A DNA stretch of 64,000 bases from positions 135,720,001-135,784,000 of the forward strand of contig CM059431.1 of NCBI GenBank assembly GCA_030390025.1, in the 5' to 3' direction. Source of the stretch: Squalus acanthias. Lineage: Eukaryota. The translations under genes and the position numbers were made by a program. The notes beneath the pieces are model-generated. The model made no database searches. It had not been told where the DNA came from and saw only the letters and a program-made list of their open reading frames with translations. Shown piece by piece: positions 37,027-49,594 of the stretch (positions within the stretch are counted from its first letter, which is position 1; every line of letters starts with the position of its first letter).

Positions 37027-37320
37027 AGGGATGAGAAACTATAGTTAAGTGGAGGGACTTGAGCTATTGGAGCAGAGTAGACTAAGGAGATTTGATAGAA
37101 GTTTTTAAAATTCTGAAACATTTTGATAGAGTTGAAGAGGCAAAGACCATTTCCTCTGGGTGGGGAATAATTTACATGAGGTCATCAATGTAAAATTGAT
37201 GATTTAAATTTAAAGTTGTTACTAAGAGTGAAAAGATTGGGTAGGAGAAAATTCTTTATGCAGGGAGTTGTTAGAGTTTTGCCATCGGGGGAGTATGAGA
37301 GAGAAAGGTTGGAGGGTAGA
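37026..37320 (+). mobile_element. Old CR1 3' fragment
   Basis: Degenerate GMRNYS..LEQSRL.GDLIEVFKIL..FFMQ.VV. Confidence 0.6.
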
Positions 37321-37448
37321 GATGAGAGACTGATCACCTATCAAATGATATGGGTAGTGAACTATGTGTTCAGTTTTTGAACTTTGGGGCCAAGAGAACT
37401 GATAGTGAAAATTTACCCCAACCAGTTTGAAGAATTGAGAGAAAGGGG

Positions 37449-37747
37449 TAGATTTTCATCTTTACTACCTGGGTGGTTGGCATCTCCTGGGTGCAGCGCA
37501 GAGAGGAAAATCTGGCAGGGAGGAACAGAATGTAGCAGAATGGGCTTGATTTTCCTTCTATTTAAATTAAAGCCATGGAGAGTGTACAATATAAACTCAT
37601 CCCCATTTCAGGGATGAGAAACTATAGTTAAGAGGGAGGAAAATCTGGTGGTTTCTGGAACAGGTGTGTGATCCTTCCTGCCAGATTTTCCTCTCTGCGC
37701 TTCACCCAGGTGATGCTTACCAACCAGGCAGTAAAGATGAAAATCTA
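37449..37747. repeat. Foldback: about 76-bp imperfect inverted repeat
   Basis: 37449-37524 versus 37672-37747. The spacer holds a 24-bp copy of 37026-37049. Confidence 0.85.
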
Positions 37748-37772
37748 TCACAACTTTTTTTTAAAACACTTT

Positions 37773-38065
37773 GGGGGAAAAATTCGGTTGCTTTGCGCCT
37801 CCCGTTAGCGCCTTTAAGAAGGGGAGGAAGGTGCAGTATCGCAGCGCGACGTGCCGTAGCGTGTGGCGCTGCAGGATGTAGCGCCGTGATATTCCCTCAC
37901 ATGCGCCCCAAGAGGGAGGCGGGGTGCCTCTAGTAGTGCCCCGCTTCCCTCTTGGGGCGCTTCCACTCAATTTCGGCCACAGGGGCGCTAATTTTTCAGG
38001 GGCACTAAAAGTAGCGCCCCGGCGAAGTTAGCGCCCCAAAAGGGGCGCAACTCAATTTTTCCCTC
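37773..38065. mobile_element. Short Harbinger-type MITE (deletion derivative of the 31151 type)
   Basis: TIR GGGGGAAAAATTCGGTTG / CAACTCAATTTTTCCCTC, TSD TTT. Confidence 0.85.
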
Positions 38066-38139
38066 TTTACTCTTATTATTCCTCCCTTCCCTGTCTGCAC
38101 CTTCCTCTCCTAAGGATGCTGAGTCTTGCAGAGGTATGT

Positions 38140-40165
38140 GGGGGTGAAATTGGAGGCTTTAGTGCCGGCCACTACCACCATGAAATGGCGAAAAGACGGC
38201 GGCCAGCGCTCTTCCACCAGCTGGTGGCGGATCCATCGGCACGGCCGATTTTGGACCTGCCAATAATACTGCCGGGAGATTTAAATGAAAGCGATTGTGA
38301 CGTCAGTGAGTGTGTAACACTCACTTGACACCTGATCTCCAACATTGCATTTAGCCATTGTGCTTACCATCAGCACAGAACAACAACAGAGAGAGCTGTC
38401 GTCTACCGGCAGGAAGCAGGCTGCAGCAGCAATATTTAAAGGCATCATCATCAATCAGTTGTACATGGCATGGTTCAGCTGTTTCAGTGACTGTTTGCTA
38501 CTTCCTGCAACTGAAACAGCTCTCTTTAGTTATTTCAAGGTTTTCTGGTAACAGGGAGTGTTGTTTCAAGTGCAGAGGTCCCTCATTATTTGTTAAAGGC
38601 TCTACTCACAACACTTGCTCACAGTCATGGGGGATGTACTGGCAGTCGACCTTGCCCTCCAGGATTTACAGCAGAGGGAGCAGAGGCTGTGAGGAAGACG
38701 GGAACCTGCATGCAGAGGCAGGAGAAGGAGGGCCCTGAGGGCTCTCAACAGGAGGCCTTCCCCACCTGGGGTCTTCCGACAGCACATCTCCTACCTTGAA
38801 TTAAGCAAGGAGCAGTGTCTTAGGAGGCTACACTTCAGCAAGGAGGTGGTCACAGAACTCTGCCACCTCCTGCAACCAGACCTGCAGCCTGACAGCAGGG
38901 TGAACACGACTCTCCCAGTGGCAGTCAAGGTCACCGTGGCCCAACACATCCCCATCATACCATCCCTGTGTCACGGAATATCGCATCGCTCTCCTGGGCA
39001 CAAAGCTGAAATGAGACACACCACAAAAAATTCCAAACATAATTATTAAATTTAGCAATAATCACAAGACATAAATTTTAAATTATACTATTGACTAATC
39101 ACCCTGCTGCAATCCCTTAGTGTCTGTCTTTCACGTGGCTTTTCCTATTTTAGTGCTCCTACGAAGTGCGCCCCCAGTGGCTGCAGCATGGCTGGTGGAA
39201 GGCTGCTAACATTTAGTAGGGAGACTGCAGGTGGCCTTGCAGGACAACCTCGAGCAGCTCTGGACCTAGAAGGCCCGGCTGTAGACTGCACCTCCTCAGC
39301 CTGGGCGGCGGCAGTCTGGGCTGGCTGCCACACAGGCAAGGGCAATGGCGGAGTGGCAGTGGTGGGAAGAGAAATGCTGTCATCCTGAGAGAGGACAGCA
39401 GGGTCCTGTTTCACTGGCCCACTGTCACTCCCCTAGAGCAGCGCCTCAGCACTACCACCAATCTGTTGGAGCACAGATTGCTGGCCTGCTGCAACACCCT
39501 GCAATCCCCGGTCGACGGTGGGCAACTCAGCCACAATGGCAGCAGTCAGAGCTTGGGTGGCTTCAAGTTGAGACTGCATGACCGCAGTCTGAGCTTCCGC
39601 TGCAGCACTAAGATGTTGGGTCACTTCTGCCTGTGCTACCATGCACGCCATCACGTCTGGGTCATCACGGTCTCTCTGGGAGTGTACGATCATTTCCAGG
39701 CTGGAAATCCTGGGATCCATGTTCTGCGCAGAGACCCGTGCAATGTTGGAGGTGGACTCCTCCACGTTTCTTGCCATTGCCGAGAAGCTCTCTGGCAGCC
39801 TTGCCATTGCACCCATCATTTCCGTGCGCATGCCCATCAACCTTCTTCTGAAGTCCTCCCCATTGAGGTCCTCATCTGAGTCCTGTGCAGCAGAACACGC
39901 GTTGAACTCGCCCTCCAGGGAGTTGGCCCATGAGCTACCCTTTCTCCCTGGTCTTGCTGCAGTCCACTTATGCCCGGTACATCACCTAGTGGAGATCCCA
40001 CTTCTACACTAGCCTCTAAAGTTCCTCATAGTGCCATTTTCTGAGCTGGTGTCTACAAGTGAGACATGCAATGACACAATGTCTTCTTCCTCCTCCTCTT
40101 CTCCTCCTCGCTCTCAGCGGTGCCCTTGGGGACAGGCTGCTCAGCTGCTTGTTGATTATCAGAAA
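38140..40165. mobile_element. Partial two-gene Harbinger: left TIR, transposase 5' part (38627-38940, +), Myb-gene last exon (about 39110-40155, -)
   Basis: GGGGGTGAAATTGG start. YLELSKEQCLRRLHFSKEVVTELCHLLQPDL...LPVAVKVT. Minus strand is homologous to 7158-8130. Confidence 0.8.
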
Positions 40166-40177
40166 GTACAAAGACAC

Positions 40178-40592
40178 AAAGAAAGAAAGAAAAACTTGGA
40201 TTTATATAGCACCCTTCATGACCACCGGACGTCTCAAAGCGTTTTACAGCCAATGAAGTACTTTTGGAGTGTAGTCACTGTTGTAATGTAGGAAATGTGG
40301 CAGCCAATTTGTGCACAGCAAGCTCCCACAAACAGAAATGTGATAATGACTGGATAATCTGTTTTTTTTTGTTATGTTGTTATGTTGATGAGGGATTGGC
40401 CAGGACACTGGGGATAACTCCCATGCTCTTCTTCGAAATAGTGCCATGGGATCTTTTACGTCCACTTGAGAGAGCAGAAGGAGCCTCAGTTTAACGTCTC
40501 ATCCGAAAGATGGCACCTCCGACAATGCAGCACTCCCTCAGCTCTGCACTGGAGTGTCAGCCTAGATTTTTGTGCTCAAGTCCCTGGAGTGA
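40178..40592 (-). mobile_element. DeuSINE-like SINE with an L2-type 3' tail, 5'-truncated
   Basis: Minus strand GATGAGACGTTAAAC...AAAGATCCCATGGCACT...TGTCCTGGCCAA (recalled Deu-domain pattern). Tail GCTATATAAAT resembles the L2 end at about 25490. (TCTT)n end. Confidence 0.7.
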
Positions 40593-41059
40593 CCCTGGAG
40601 TGAACCAGCACCCACAGCCAGCGTATCACAGATAATCACGGGTATGCTACACTCAGTGAACATGCCGGATTGAGGAATCACTCCCCGACTATCTACTTGA
40701 GAAGTAGATAGGAGCTTGCACTAGGGTTGCCAACTCTGGTTGGATGCATTCCTGGAGGTTTCATCACGTGATGGTCTGACCACATGACTTCTACAAATGT
40801 TATTGCATTTACCTTCTAAAGGTTGGGTCCCCTGTACAGGATCTTTGCTCGTGGTTTTGCACCAGCAGCTGTTGTGTGAGAAGTTCCAAGAACCAGGAGG
40901 ACGGGGAAGAAGGAAAATCAAAGGTGGGAGAGTGATTTACAGAGGAAAAATCAAAGGTGGGAGGACCAATAACTAATGGTAACTCACTGAAATTGCACTA
41001 ATAACTAATAGTAAAGTGGTAACACTCAGATTCTCCTCATAACCAACAGTAATACAATA

Positions 41060-41758
41060 GCTCACTGATAGTAACTGGTAGTAAAAGGTATAATGACCCC
41101 GTTCTTCTTCTTCTCCTTCTTCTTCTTCTTCTCCTTCTCTCTCCTCTCCCTCTTCTTGGTCAATCACTGGCTGGGCAGGCTGCATTTCTTGGGTGTGTGA
41201 AATGAGGAAGACACAAGGGTGTAGTTGTGGTGAGGAGAGAGCAGGAAATCAAGAGGTGCATGCGAGAAGGAGGATAACGTATGAGGATAACAGCATTTTG
41301 TTTCCCTTCAGCCCCGCCGCTGGCGAAGGGCTCAGCCATGCCCCTGCCAAGAATGCACTGCGCCAACCAGAGCCACTAATGCCTGGTCGCTAAAGCGGCG
41401 AGCTCTCTCCCTGGGCCTCTGAGTAGGTGTTTGCAGGCCGAAGTTCAATGCTGCAATGAGCAGGGTGTGGCTGGCCAGCAAGTTGGCCCCTCCCCTTTAA
41501 GAACTGGACGACGCCAGTGTGTCTGAGTTCCATGGTAACTGACATCGCCTGAACTTCGGTAGTGTTCTGAGGTAACGCCTCGCTTCCCGACGTTAGCACC
41601 TTAAGAGAGGTGTGTAGCGCTTGATTTAGTGCTCAAATCACCTCCAGGGTTGCTGGAGGTGAATTTTGCAGTCGGCGACGATAATTAGCGCCGGGCGCTA
41701 AACTTTGCACCCAGCCGATATTAGCGCCCCAAAATGGGCGATACCCAATTTTTCCCCC
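41060..41758. mobile_element. Harbinger right-end fragment sharing the family A right arm
   Basis: 41440-41758 aligns to 11445-11753 and ends ACCCAATTTTTCCCC. 41160-41345 resembles the Myb-gene intron/exon region at 8100-8330. Confidence 0.75.
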
Positions 41759-42199
41759 AAAGACTCCCATTTGGGAATTCTTTTTAACGACAATTTTTTT
41801 TTCAGAAGGCAGTTGAGCTGTAAGGGCTGAAAACTGCATATTTTTGCATCATTTTTATTTTTATCATTTCAGAAGGCATTGCCCTTTTTAGAAAACGACA
41901 ATGCATTGCCCTTTTAAGATCCCACAATGCTTTGTGAAATCAGAGCCTTGCTTTTAGAAGCTGTTGAAGTTGCAATGCTGCTTGGGCACACCACGTTGGT
42001 GCCTGATGCCTGGATGAACGCCACTAGTAGAGCGTTATATGGTGAGTTTAGCGCTGGGCTAATAATCATCAGTTCCCAGCGCCAAATTTTTTAGTCCTGC
42101 TAGCACCACAATTTTCGACAGCCATTAACCCCTGACCGCGGTGCCACTGGTAGCTTTCATGACGGCTACGAATTTCTAGGCCAATTACCTTATCAGGAT

Positions 42200-44290
42200 T
42201 GCCAAGCTAAGACTCCTTTTAAGATTTCTCTTACTCTCTACACAGCCCTGCAACGTCAGACTTTAGTCCCAGCACTATCAATCCTTCACTCCCTGCTGCC
42301 CAAGCCTCTCCTTCAATCACAACAGGACACTTCACAACATCTCCTTCTGCTGGCACTCACACACTCAACACATGCTAAGCTGCCTCACAACCCTCACAAC
42401 CCTTCAGCAGTACACACTCCCACTTTTCTTGCAGGAGAAACTGGCACACAATCAGAGGGAGACCTCAAGAACAGGTAGAGGTCCCCCATGTTGCAACAAA
42501 GGACACTACCATCAATATCATTGGCAGAGGGAGGACACTAATGGGGCGCAAAGCCGCTAACGCCCGGGCGCAGCGATGTTTGCGCCGCTCGGGAACTTAA
42601 CTAGAGATTGTGCGGCGGCGCTAAACTTTACCGCTGCGACCACCTGCGCGCACAGATTGTGACGTCATTCCATGGTGCAACGCCCTTGTGGCGCCCCGGA
42701 GCGGAAATTGAGTGGCGCCCCCTGCCTTACCGCCTGGCGCATCCAACGACCAGAAGACTGGAACGCTATCAATCGCTGTGGGGCTGGGGGGGGCGCTATT
42801 TAAAGGGGGCCTCTTCCTGTCTTTTATTGTTGGTGGCATTTTTGAACTACGCATTCTGAGAGAGAGAGGGAGAGACTTCTGGAGAGATTCAACGTTGTGT
42901 GAAGGAGTTTTGGGTACTGAGCAGCACTTTGCAGGTTCATTTTGATTTGCCATTCCTTGTATCGATTTAGCAGAGACTGTGGGAGCTGCACTCTGAGCTC
43001 TTTGCCTGGTAATCTCCATTGTTCTTTCCAGCACATTTGATGTGCAAGTCTCTCCAGGCCGCGATTCAAGGCTGCAATGAACAGGATGTGGATGGAAAGC
43101 AAGATTAACCATCCCCTTTAAGAACTGGCCCGTGCCATTGTGTGTGTGTTCCATTGCTGACTGACATTACATGAGCTTCGCCAGCGCTCTGAGTTAGCGC
43201 CTCACTCCTTGGCCTTTGCGCCTTAAGACAGGTGTGCAGCACCTGATTTAGCGCTCCACTCACCTCCCGGGGCGGTAAAAGTGAAGTTTCCAGTCAGTGC
43301 CGATAATTAGCGCCAGGCGCTAATATTTGCGTCCAGACGATATTTGCGCCCCAAATGGGGCGCGACCTAATTTCTACCCCATAGTGTTGGAGGCCATGTA
43401 CAGCAGGGTTTTTGAGCATTTTACTTTCCTTTTCTGTTTCCACTTCACTCTAGCTCACACACGCACACACGCCCACACACAAACAGCATGACAACCTGGA
43501 GCTGCATTGCACTACCATTCAGCTACTACTGCTTACTTTTGCCATTACATGCTAGTCTTTGTCCCTCTGACATTTTTCTAGGTCCTTCAGACAACTTGGG
43601 CCCTGCAGCTGTGCAGACAAAGGGTGCAACCCTCCTGAAGATGCACCGTCACTCAATCTTACCCTTCAAAGCACTGGCACAGATACTGGCACCCCATGTG
43701 GTATAGCTAGTGAGTTAGAAGGGTCTGTACAGAGCACAAGAGAGCAGCAGCAAGTGGAAGTGGAAATAACTGCCCAGGAAATGACTTGCCAAGTTTGGGT
43801 ACGAGCTCAGGCTGAAGAGGACTTTGAGGCCCAACCTTTAAAAGAAGAATGATTTCTGCATCCCAGCAATTGCTGACTGTTCCCTGCCTGCCATCAGTCA
43901 CTTGCTAATGCAAGCATGAGATGCAGACTGACTGATGTTGCTGATCTCCTCTGTTCCAGCCTGGAAGGAGCCAGAGGCAAAGTTCAGGACTGCAGTGACT
44001 TTGACTGCAACAGGAAATGCAGTGCCAGCTGTGGCAGGTCTTGTGACTGGAAGCGACACAGCCCTGTGACAACCTCCCGAGAGAAGCACAGCCCCCTTAC
44101 ACACTGCTCCTCGGACAAGTGCAAGTATGTTATCCTGGGCTTTTTGTGCAGATTTGTGCTTCTTTCTGCAGCTCTATGTGCTTCTTCCACTGGTTGCTGC
44201 TGCTTCTCTTCCTCTAGCTAGAATGGAGTTGCTAGAATGATTTCCAGCTTGAAAAAATCTACATTGTCAATACCTCCTTAAGATTTCAGA
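42200..44290. mobile_element. Degenerate Harbinger (Myb exons +, transposase 5' part -), interrupted by MITE A and CR1, probably continuing at 49184-49570
   Basis: TTGCAG|EKLAHNQRETSRTG at about 42434. Minus-strand 43898-44190 reads YLHLSEEQC...FPVAVKVTAVLNFASGSFQ...ISQSA.H.CI. Confidence 0.72.
42538..43380. mobile_element. MITE family A, copy 2 (left TIR missing)
   Basis: Colinear with 10922-11753. Right end CTAATTTCTACCCC followed by ATA. Confidence 0.88.
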
Positions 44291-44465
44291 AGGTTGTCCT
44301 AGGGGGAGTGTTTGCTAGTGCTGTTGGGGAGGGTTTAAACTAAAGTGGCAGGGGGTTGGGAACCTGAGCAGGGAGACAGAGGAAAGGGAAACAAGGAAAA
44401 AAGCAAAAGACAGGAAGGAGAAAAACAAAAGTAGAAGGCAAAGAACTCAACGGTTAAAATCAAAC

Positions 44466-47400
44466 ATGGTCACTGTATTAAATAATTCATATACGTCTGA
44501 GAACGTTAAAAAAACAAGCCTGAAGGCTTTGTGTCTTAATGCAAGGAGCATTCGGAACAAGGCGGATGAATTAGCTGCGGAAATAGAGGTAAATGAATAC
44601 GATTTGATTGGGATTACAGAAACATGGCTCCAGGGTGGCCAAGGCTGGGAACTCAGCATCCAGGGGTATTCAATATTTAGGAAAGATAGGCAAAAAAGAA
44701 AGGGAGGTGGGGTAGCATTGCTGGATAAAGAGGGGATTAACACAATTGAAAAGAAGGGTATTAGCTCTGATGATGCAGAATCTGTATGGGTAGAACTGAG
44801 AAATAACAAGGGGCAGAAAAAGTTAGTGGGAGTGGTATATAGACCTCCAAACAGTAATACGGAGGTTGAGGATGGCATTAAAAGGGAAATTAGAGAAGCA
44901 TGCAGTAATGGCACAGCAGTCATCGTGGGTGACTTTAATTTACATATAGATTGGGCTAACCAAATTAGTAAAAATACTGTGGAGGAGGAATTCCTAGAAT
45001 GTTTACGGGATGGTTTTCTGGAACAATATGTCGAGGAACCAACCAGAGATCAGGCCATCTTAGACTGGGTATTATGTAACGAGAAAGGATTAATTAGCAA
45101 TCTTGTTGTACGAGGCCCCTTCGGTCAGAGTGATCATAATATGATAGAATTCTTCATTAGGATGAAGAGTGAAGTAGTTGAATCAGAGACTAGGGTCCTG
45201 AATTTAAATAAAGGAAACTATGATGGTATGAGGCGCGAATTGGGTAGGATTGATTGGGGAATGTCACTCAAAGGGTTGACGGTGGATAGGCAATGGCAAA
45301 CATTCAAAGACTGCATGGATGAACTACAGAATTTGTTCATCCCAGTGTGGCATAAGAATAAAACAAAAAGGGTGACTCAACCATGGCTAACAAGGGAAAT
45401 TAGGGATAGCATAAGATCCAAGGAGGGGGCATATAAATTGGCCAGAAAAAGCGGTAACACTGAGGATTGGGAGCAGTTTAGGATTCAACAAAGGAGGACA
45501 AAGGGATTAATTAAGAAGGGGAAAATAGAATATGAAAGTAAGCTTGCAGGGAACATAAAAACTGACTGTAAGAGCTTTTATAGATATGTGAAGAGAAAAA
45601 GATTAGTGAAATCAAGTGTAGGTCCCTTGCAGTCAGAAGCGGGGGAAGTTATAATGGGGAACAAAGAAATGGCAGATCAATTAAATGCATATTTTAGTTC
45701 TGTATTCACAAAGGAGGACACAAATAACCTCCCAGAGATGTTGGAGAACATAGGGTCTGATGAAAGGGAGGAACTGAAAGAAATCAGTATTTGCAGGGAA
45801 ATGGTGTTAGGGAAATTGACGGGATTGAAGGCCGATAAATCCCCAGGGCCTGATAATCTACATCCTAGGGTACTTAAGGAAGTGGCCCTAGAAATAGTAG
45901 ATGCATTGCTGATCATCTTCCAACATTCGATGGAATCTGGAACTGTACCCATGGATTGGAGGGTAGCTAATGTTACCCCACTATTCAAAAAGGGTGGTAG
46001 AGAGAAAGCGGGGAATTACAGACCGGTAAGCCTGACATCGGTAGTGGGGAAAATGCTAGAGTCCATTATAAAGGATGTAATAGCTGAGCACTTGAAAAAC
46101 AGTGACAGGATCGGACAAAGTCAACATGGATTTACAAAAGGTAAATCGTGCTTGACTAATCTACTGGAATTTTTTGAGGATGTAACTGGGAAAATAGATA
46201 AGGGAGAACCAGTAGATGTGGTGTATTTGGACTTTCAAAAGGCTTTTGATAAGGTCCCGCATAAGAGATTAGCGTGTAAAGTTAAGGCACATGGGATTGG
46301 GGGCAAGGTATTGACTTGGATAGAGAACAGGTTGGCGGACAGAAAGCAGAGAGTAGGAATTAATGGGTCTTTTTCCGAGTGGCAGGCAGTGACTAGTGGG
46401 GTACCACAGGGTTCAGTCCTTGGACCCCAGCTATTCACAATATATATAAATGATCTAGATAAGGGAGCTAAATGTAACATCTCCAAGTTTGCAGATGACA
46501 CAAAGCTGGGTGGGCGTGTGTGCTGTGAGGAGGATACCGAGAAACTCCAGGATGATTTGGACAGGTTGGGTGAGTGGGCAGAAGCGTGGCAGATGCAATA
46601 TAACGTGGATAAATGCGAGGTTATCCACTTTGGTGTCAAAAACAGAAAGGCAGACTATTATCTGAATGGCAATAGATTGGGAGAAGGGGAAGTGCAACGA
46701 GACCTGGGTGTCCTTGTGCACCAGTCGCTTAAGGTAAGCATGCAGGTGCAGCAGGCGGTGAAGAAGGCAAATGGTATAGAACATAGAACATAGAACAGTA
46801 CAGCACAGTACAGGCCCTTCGGCCCTCGATGTTGTGCCGAGCATTGTCCGAAACCAAGATCAAGCTATCTCACTCCCTATCATTCTGGTGTGCTCCATGT
46901 GCTTATCCAATAACCGCTTGAAAGTTCCTAAAGTGTCCGACTCCACTATCACAGCAGGCAGTCCATTCCACACCCCAACCACTGTCTGAGTAAAGAATCT
47001 ACCTCGGACATCCCTTCTATATCTCCCCCCATACACCTTATAGTTATGCCCCCTTGTAACAGCTACATCCACCCGAGGAAATAATCTCTGAACATCCACT
47101 CTATCTATCCCCCTCATCATCTTATAAACCTCTATTAAGTCGCCTCTCATCCTCCTCCGCTCTAAAGAGAAAAGCCCTAGCTCCCTCAATCTTTCCTCAT
47201 AAGACCTCCCCCCCAAACCAGGCAGCATCCTGGTAAATCTCCTTTGCACTCTTTCCAATGCTTCCACGTCCTTCCTATAGTGAGGTGACCAGAACTGCAC
47301 ACAATATTCCAAATGTGGTCTCACCAAGGTCCTGTACAGTTGCAGCATAACCTCACGGTTCTTAAACTCAAACCCCTTGTTAATAAACGCTAACACACTA

Positions 47401-49086
47401 TAGGCCTTCTTTACTGCTCTATCCACTTGAGTGGCAACCTTCAGAGATCTGTGGATATGAACCCCCAGATCCCTCTGTTCCTCCACGTTCCTCAGAACCC
47501 TGCCGTTGACCCTGTAATCCTTATTCAAATTTGCCCTACCAAAATGAATCACCTCGCACTTATCAGGGTTAAATTCCATCTGCCATTTTTCGGCCCAGCT
47601 CTGCATCCTATCAATGTCTCTTTGCAGCTTACAACAGCCCTCCACCTCATCCACTACTCCACCAATCTTGGTGTCATCAGCAAATTTACTGATCCACCCT
47701 TCAGTCCCCTCCTCCAAGTTATTGATAAAAATCACAAACAGCAGAGGACCCAGCACCGACCCCTGTGGCACACCGCTGGTAACTGGTCTCCAGTCCGAAA
47801 AATTTTCCCTCTGCCTTCTATGAGATAGCCAGTTACTTATCCAATCGGCCAAATTTCCCTCTATCCCACAATTCCTCACTTTCTTCATGAGCCGACCATA
47901 GGGAACCTGATCAAACGCCTTACTAAAATCCATGTATACGACATCAACTGCTCTACCTTCATCTACACACTTAGTTACCTCCTCAAAGAATTCAATCAAA
48001 TTTGTTAGGCAAGACTTACCCTTCACGAATCCATGTTGACTATCCCGGATTAAGTTGCATCTTTCCAAATGGTCATAAATCCTATCCCTCAGGACCTTTT
48101 CCATTATCTTACCAACCACCGAAGTAAGACTAACCGGCCTATAATTACCAGGGTCATTCCTATTTCCTTTCTTGAAGAGAGGAACAACATTCGCCACTCT
48201 CCAGTCCTCTGGCACCATCCCCGTGGACAGTGAGGACCCAAAGATCAAAGCCAAAGGCTCTGCAATCTCCTCCCTTGCCTCCCAAAGAATCCTAGGATAT
48301 ATCCCATCTGGCCCAGGGGACTTATCGACCCTCAGGTTCTTCAAAATTACTAAAACATCTTCCCTCAGAACATCTACCTCCTCCAGCCTATCCACCTTTA
48401 TCACACTCTCATCCTCAAAAACATGGCCCCTCTCCTCGGTGAACACTGATGAAAAGTATTCATTCATCACCTCTCCTATCTCTTCTGACTCCATGCACAA
48501 GTTCCCACTACTGTCCTTGATTGGCCCTACCCTCATGTTGGCCTTCATAGCGAAAGGGTTTGAGTATAGGAACAGGGATGTCCTGCTGCAGTTGTACAGG
48601 GCCTTGGTGAGACCACACCTTGAGTACTGTGTGCAGTTTTGGTCACCTTATCTGAGGAAGGATGTTCTTGCCATGGAAGGAGTTCAGCGAAGATTCACAA
48701 GGCTGATACCTGGGATGGCAGGAATGACACATGAGGAGAGATTGGGTCAATTGGGCTTATACTCGCTGGAGTATAGAAGAATGAGAGGGGATCTCATCGA
48801 AACATATAAAATTCTGACAGGTCTGGACAAACTAGATGCAGGAAGAATGTTCCCGATGGTCGGAGAGTCCAGAACCAGGGGTCATAATCTAAGGATAACG
48901 GGTAAGCCATTTAGGACAGAAATGAGGAAGAATTTCTTCACCCAGAGAGTGGTGAACCTGTGGAATTCTCTACCACAGAAGGTAGTTGAGGCCAAGTCAT
49001 TAAATATATTCAAGAATGAGTTAGATATATTTCTTAAAGCTAAAGGTATCAAGGGATATGGGGAGAAGGCAGGTACAGGGTACTGA
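44466..49086 (+). CDS. CR1 ORF2 (APE endonuclease + reverse transcriptase); 44466-46775 joined to 48535-49086 gives 953 codons, currently disrupted by the insertion
   Basis: LNARS, ITETW, VYRPP, GDFN, ILDWV and SDH (EN); [19 protein letters not shown] and FADD (RT). The join reads KKANG|MLAFI in frame with no stops. Confidence 0.9.
46776..48534 (-). mobile_element. Young 5'-truncated CR1 of a different subfamily, nested antisense
   Basis: Open RT ORF from 48534 to 46860 with one short in-frame deletion near RRQRENF. (ATAGAAC)n tail at 46776-46797. Confidence 0.96.
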
Positions 49087-49594
49087 GTTTGGATGATCAG
49101 CCATGATCTCATCGAATGGCGGAGCAGGTTCGAGGGGCCGAATGGCCTACTCCTGCTCCTATCTTCTATGTTTCTATGTTTACTACAGGCACTTTAGAAT
49201 CGAGGAACTTGCCAAAAACCACGAAAAACTACCTGCAAAATGTCTCCCATACAGTTGCAGCAATTTAAATGGGAGCAGGTGAGGATCATTAAAGTAGCGC
49301 TGGAAATAGCCACCCACTGAGATTTGTTGGCAGCCTAGGATTTCTGCGTAGGTTGAGGAAGTAGTGGTGGCAGTGTTGATTGAGGAGAAAATGATGTTGG
49401 GGTCTTTACTACATCACTTGACCCCTATTTCAATATTTGAGTTCGGACCCTGCCTTTTTCGAGCTGGAGCCTAAATCTGCCTAAACATCTGAGCAGCTGC
49501 GCCTCCAGCGGTAAACCTCTGACCCCGTGGACCTTTGGGGATTCTAGTATTCAGTGCCTTGTCAAGCTGCAGGCTGTCCAGAGGGTAGTACTTG

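Larger units (their letters stand above)
44296..49182 (+). mobile_element. Young CR1 (end of ORF1, complete ORF2, 3' UTR) interrupted by an antisense CR1
   Basis: ORF1 end VLGGVFASAVGEGLN* (stop 44341-43), ORF2 EN+RT, (TTCTATG)n tail at about 49163-49182. Confidence 0.96.

Noticed and set aside
40721..40800. TAGGGTTGCCAAC, a possible hAT-type terminus
   Set aside because: No matching opposite TIR or 8-bp TSD found.
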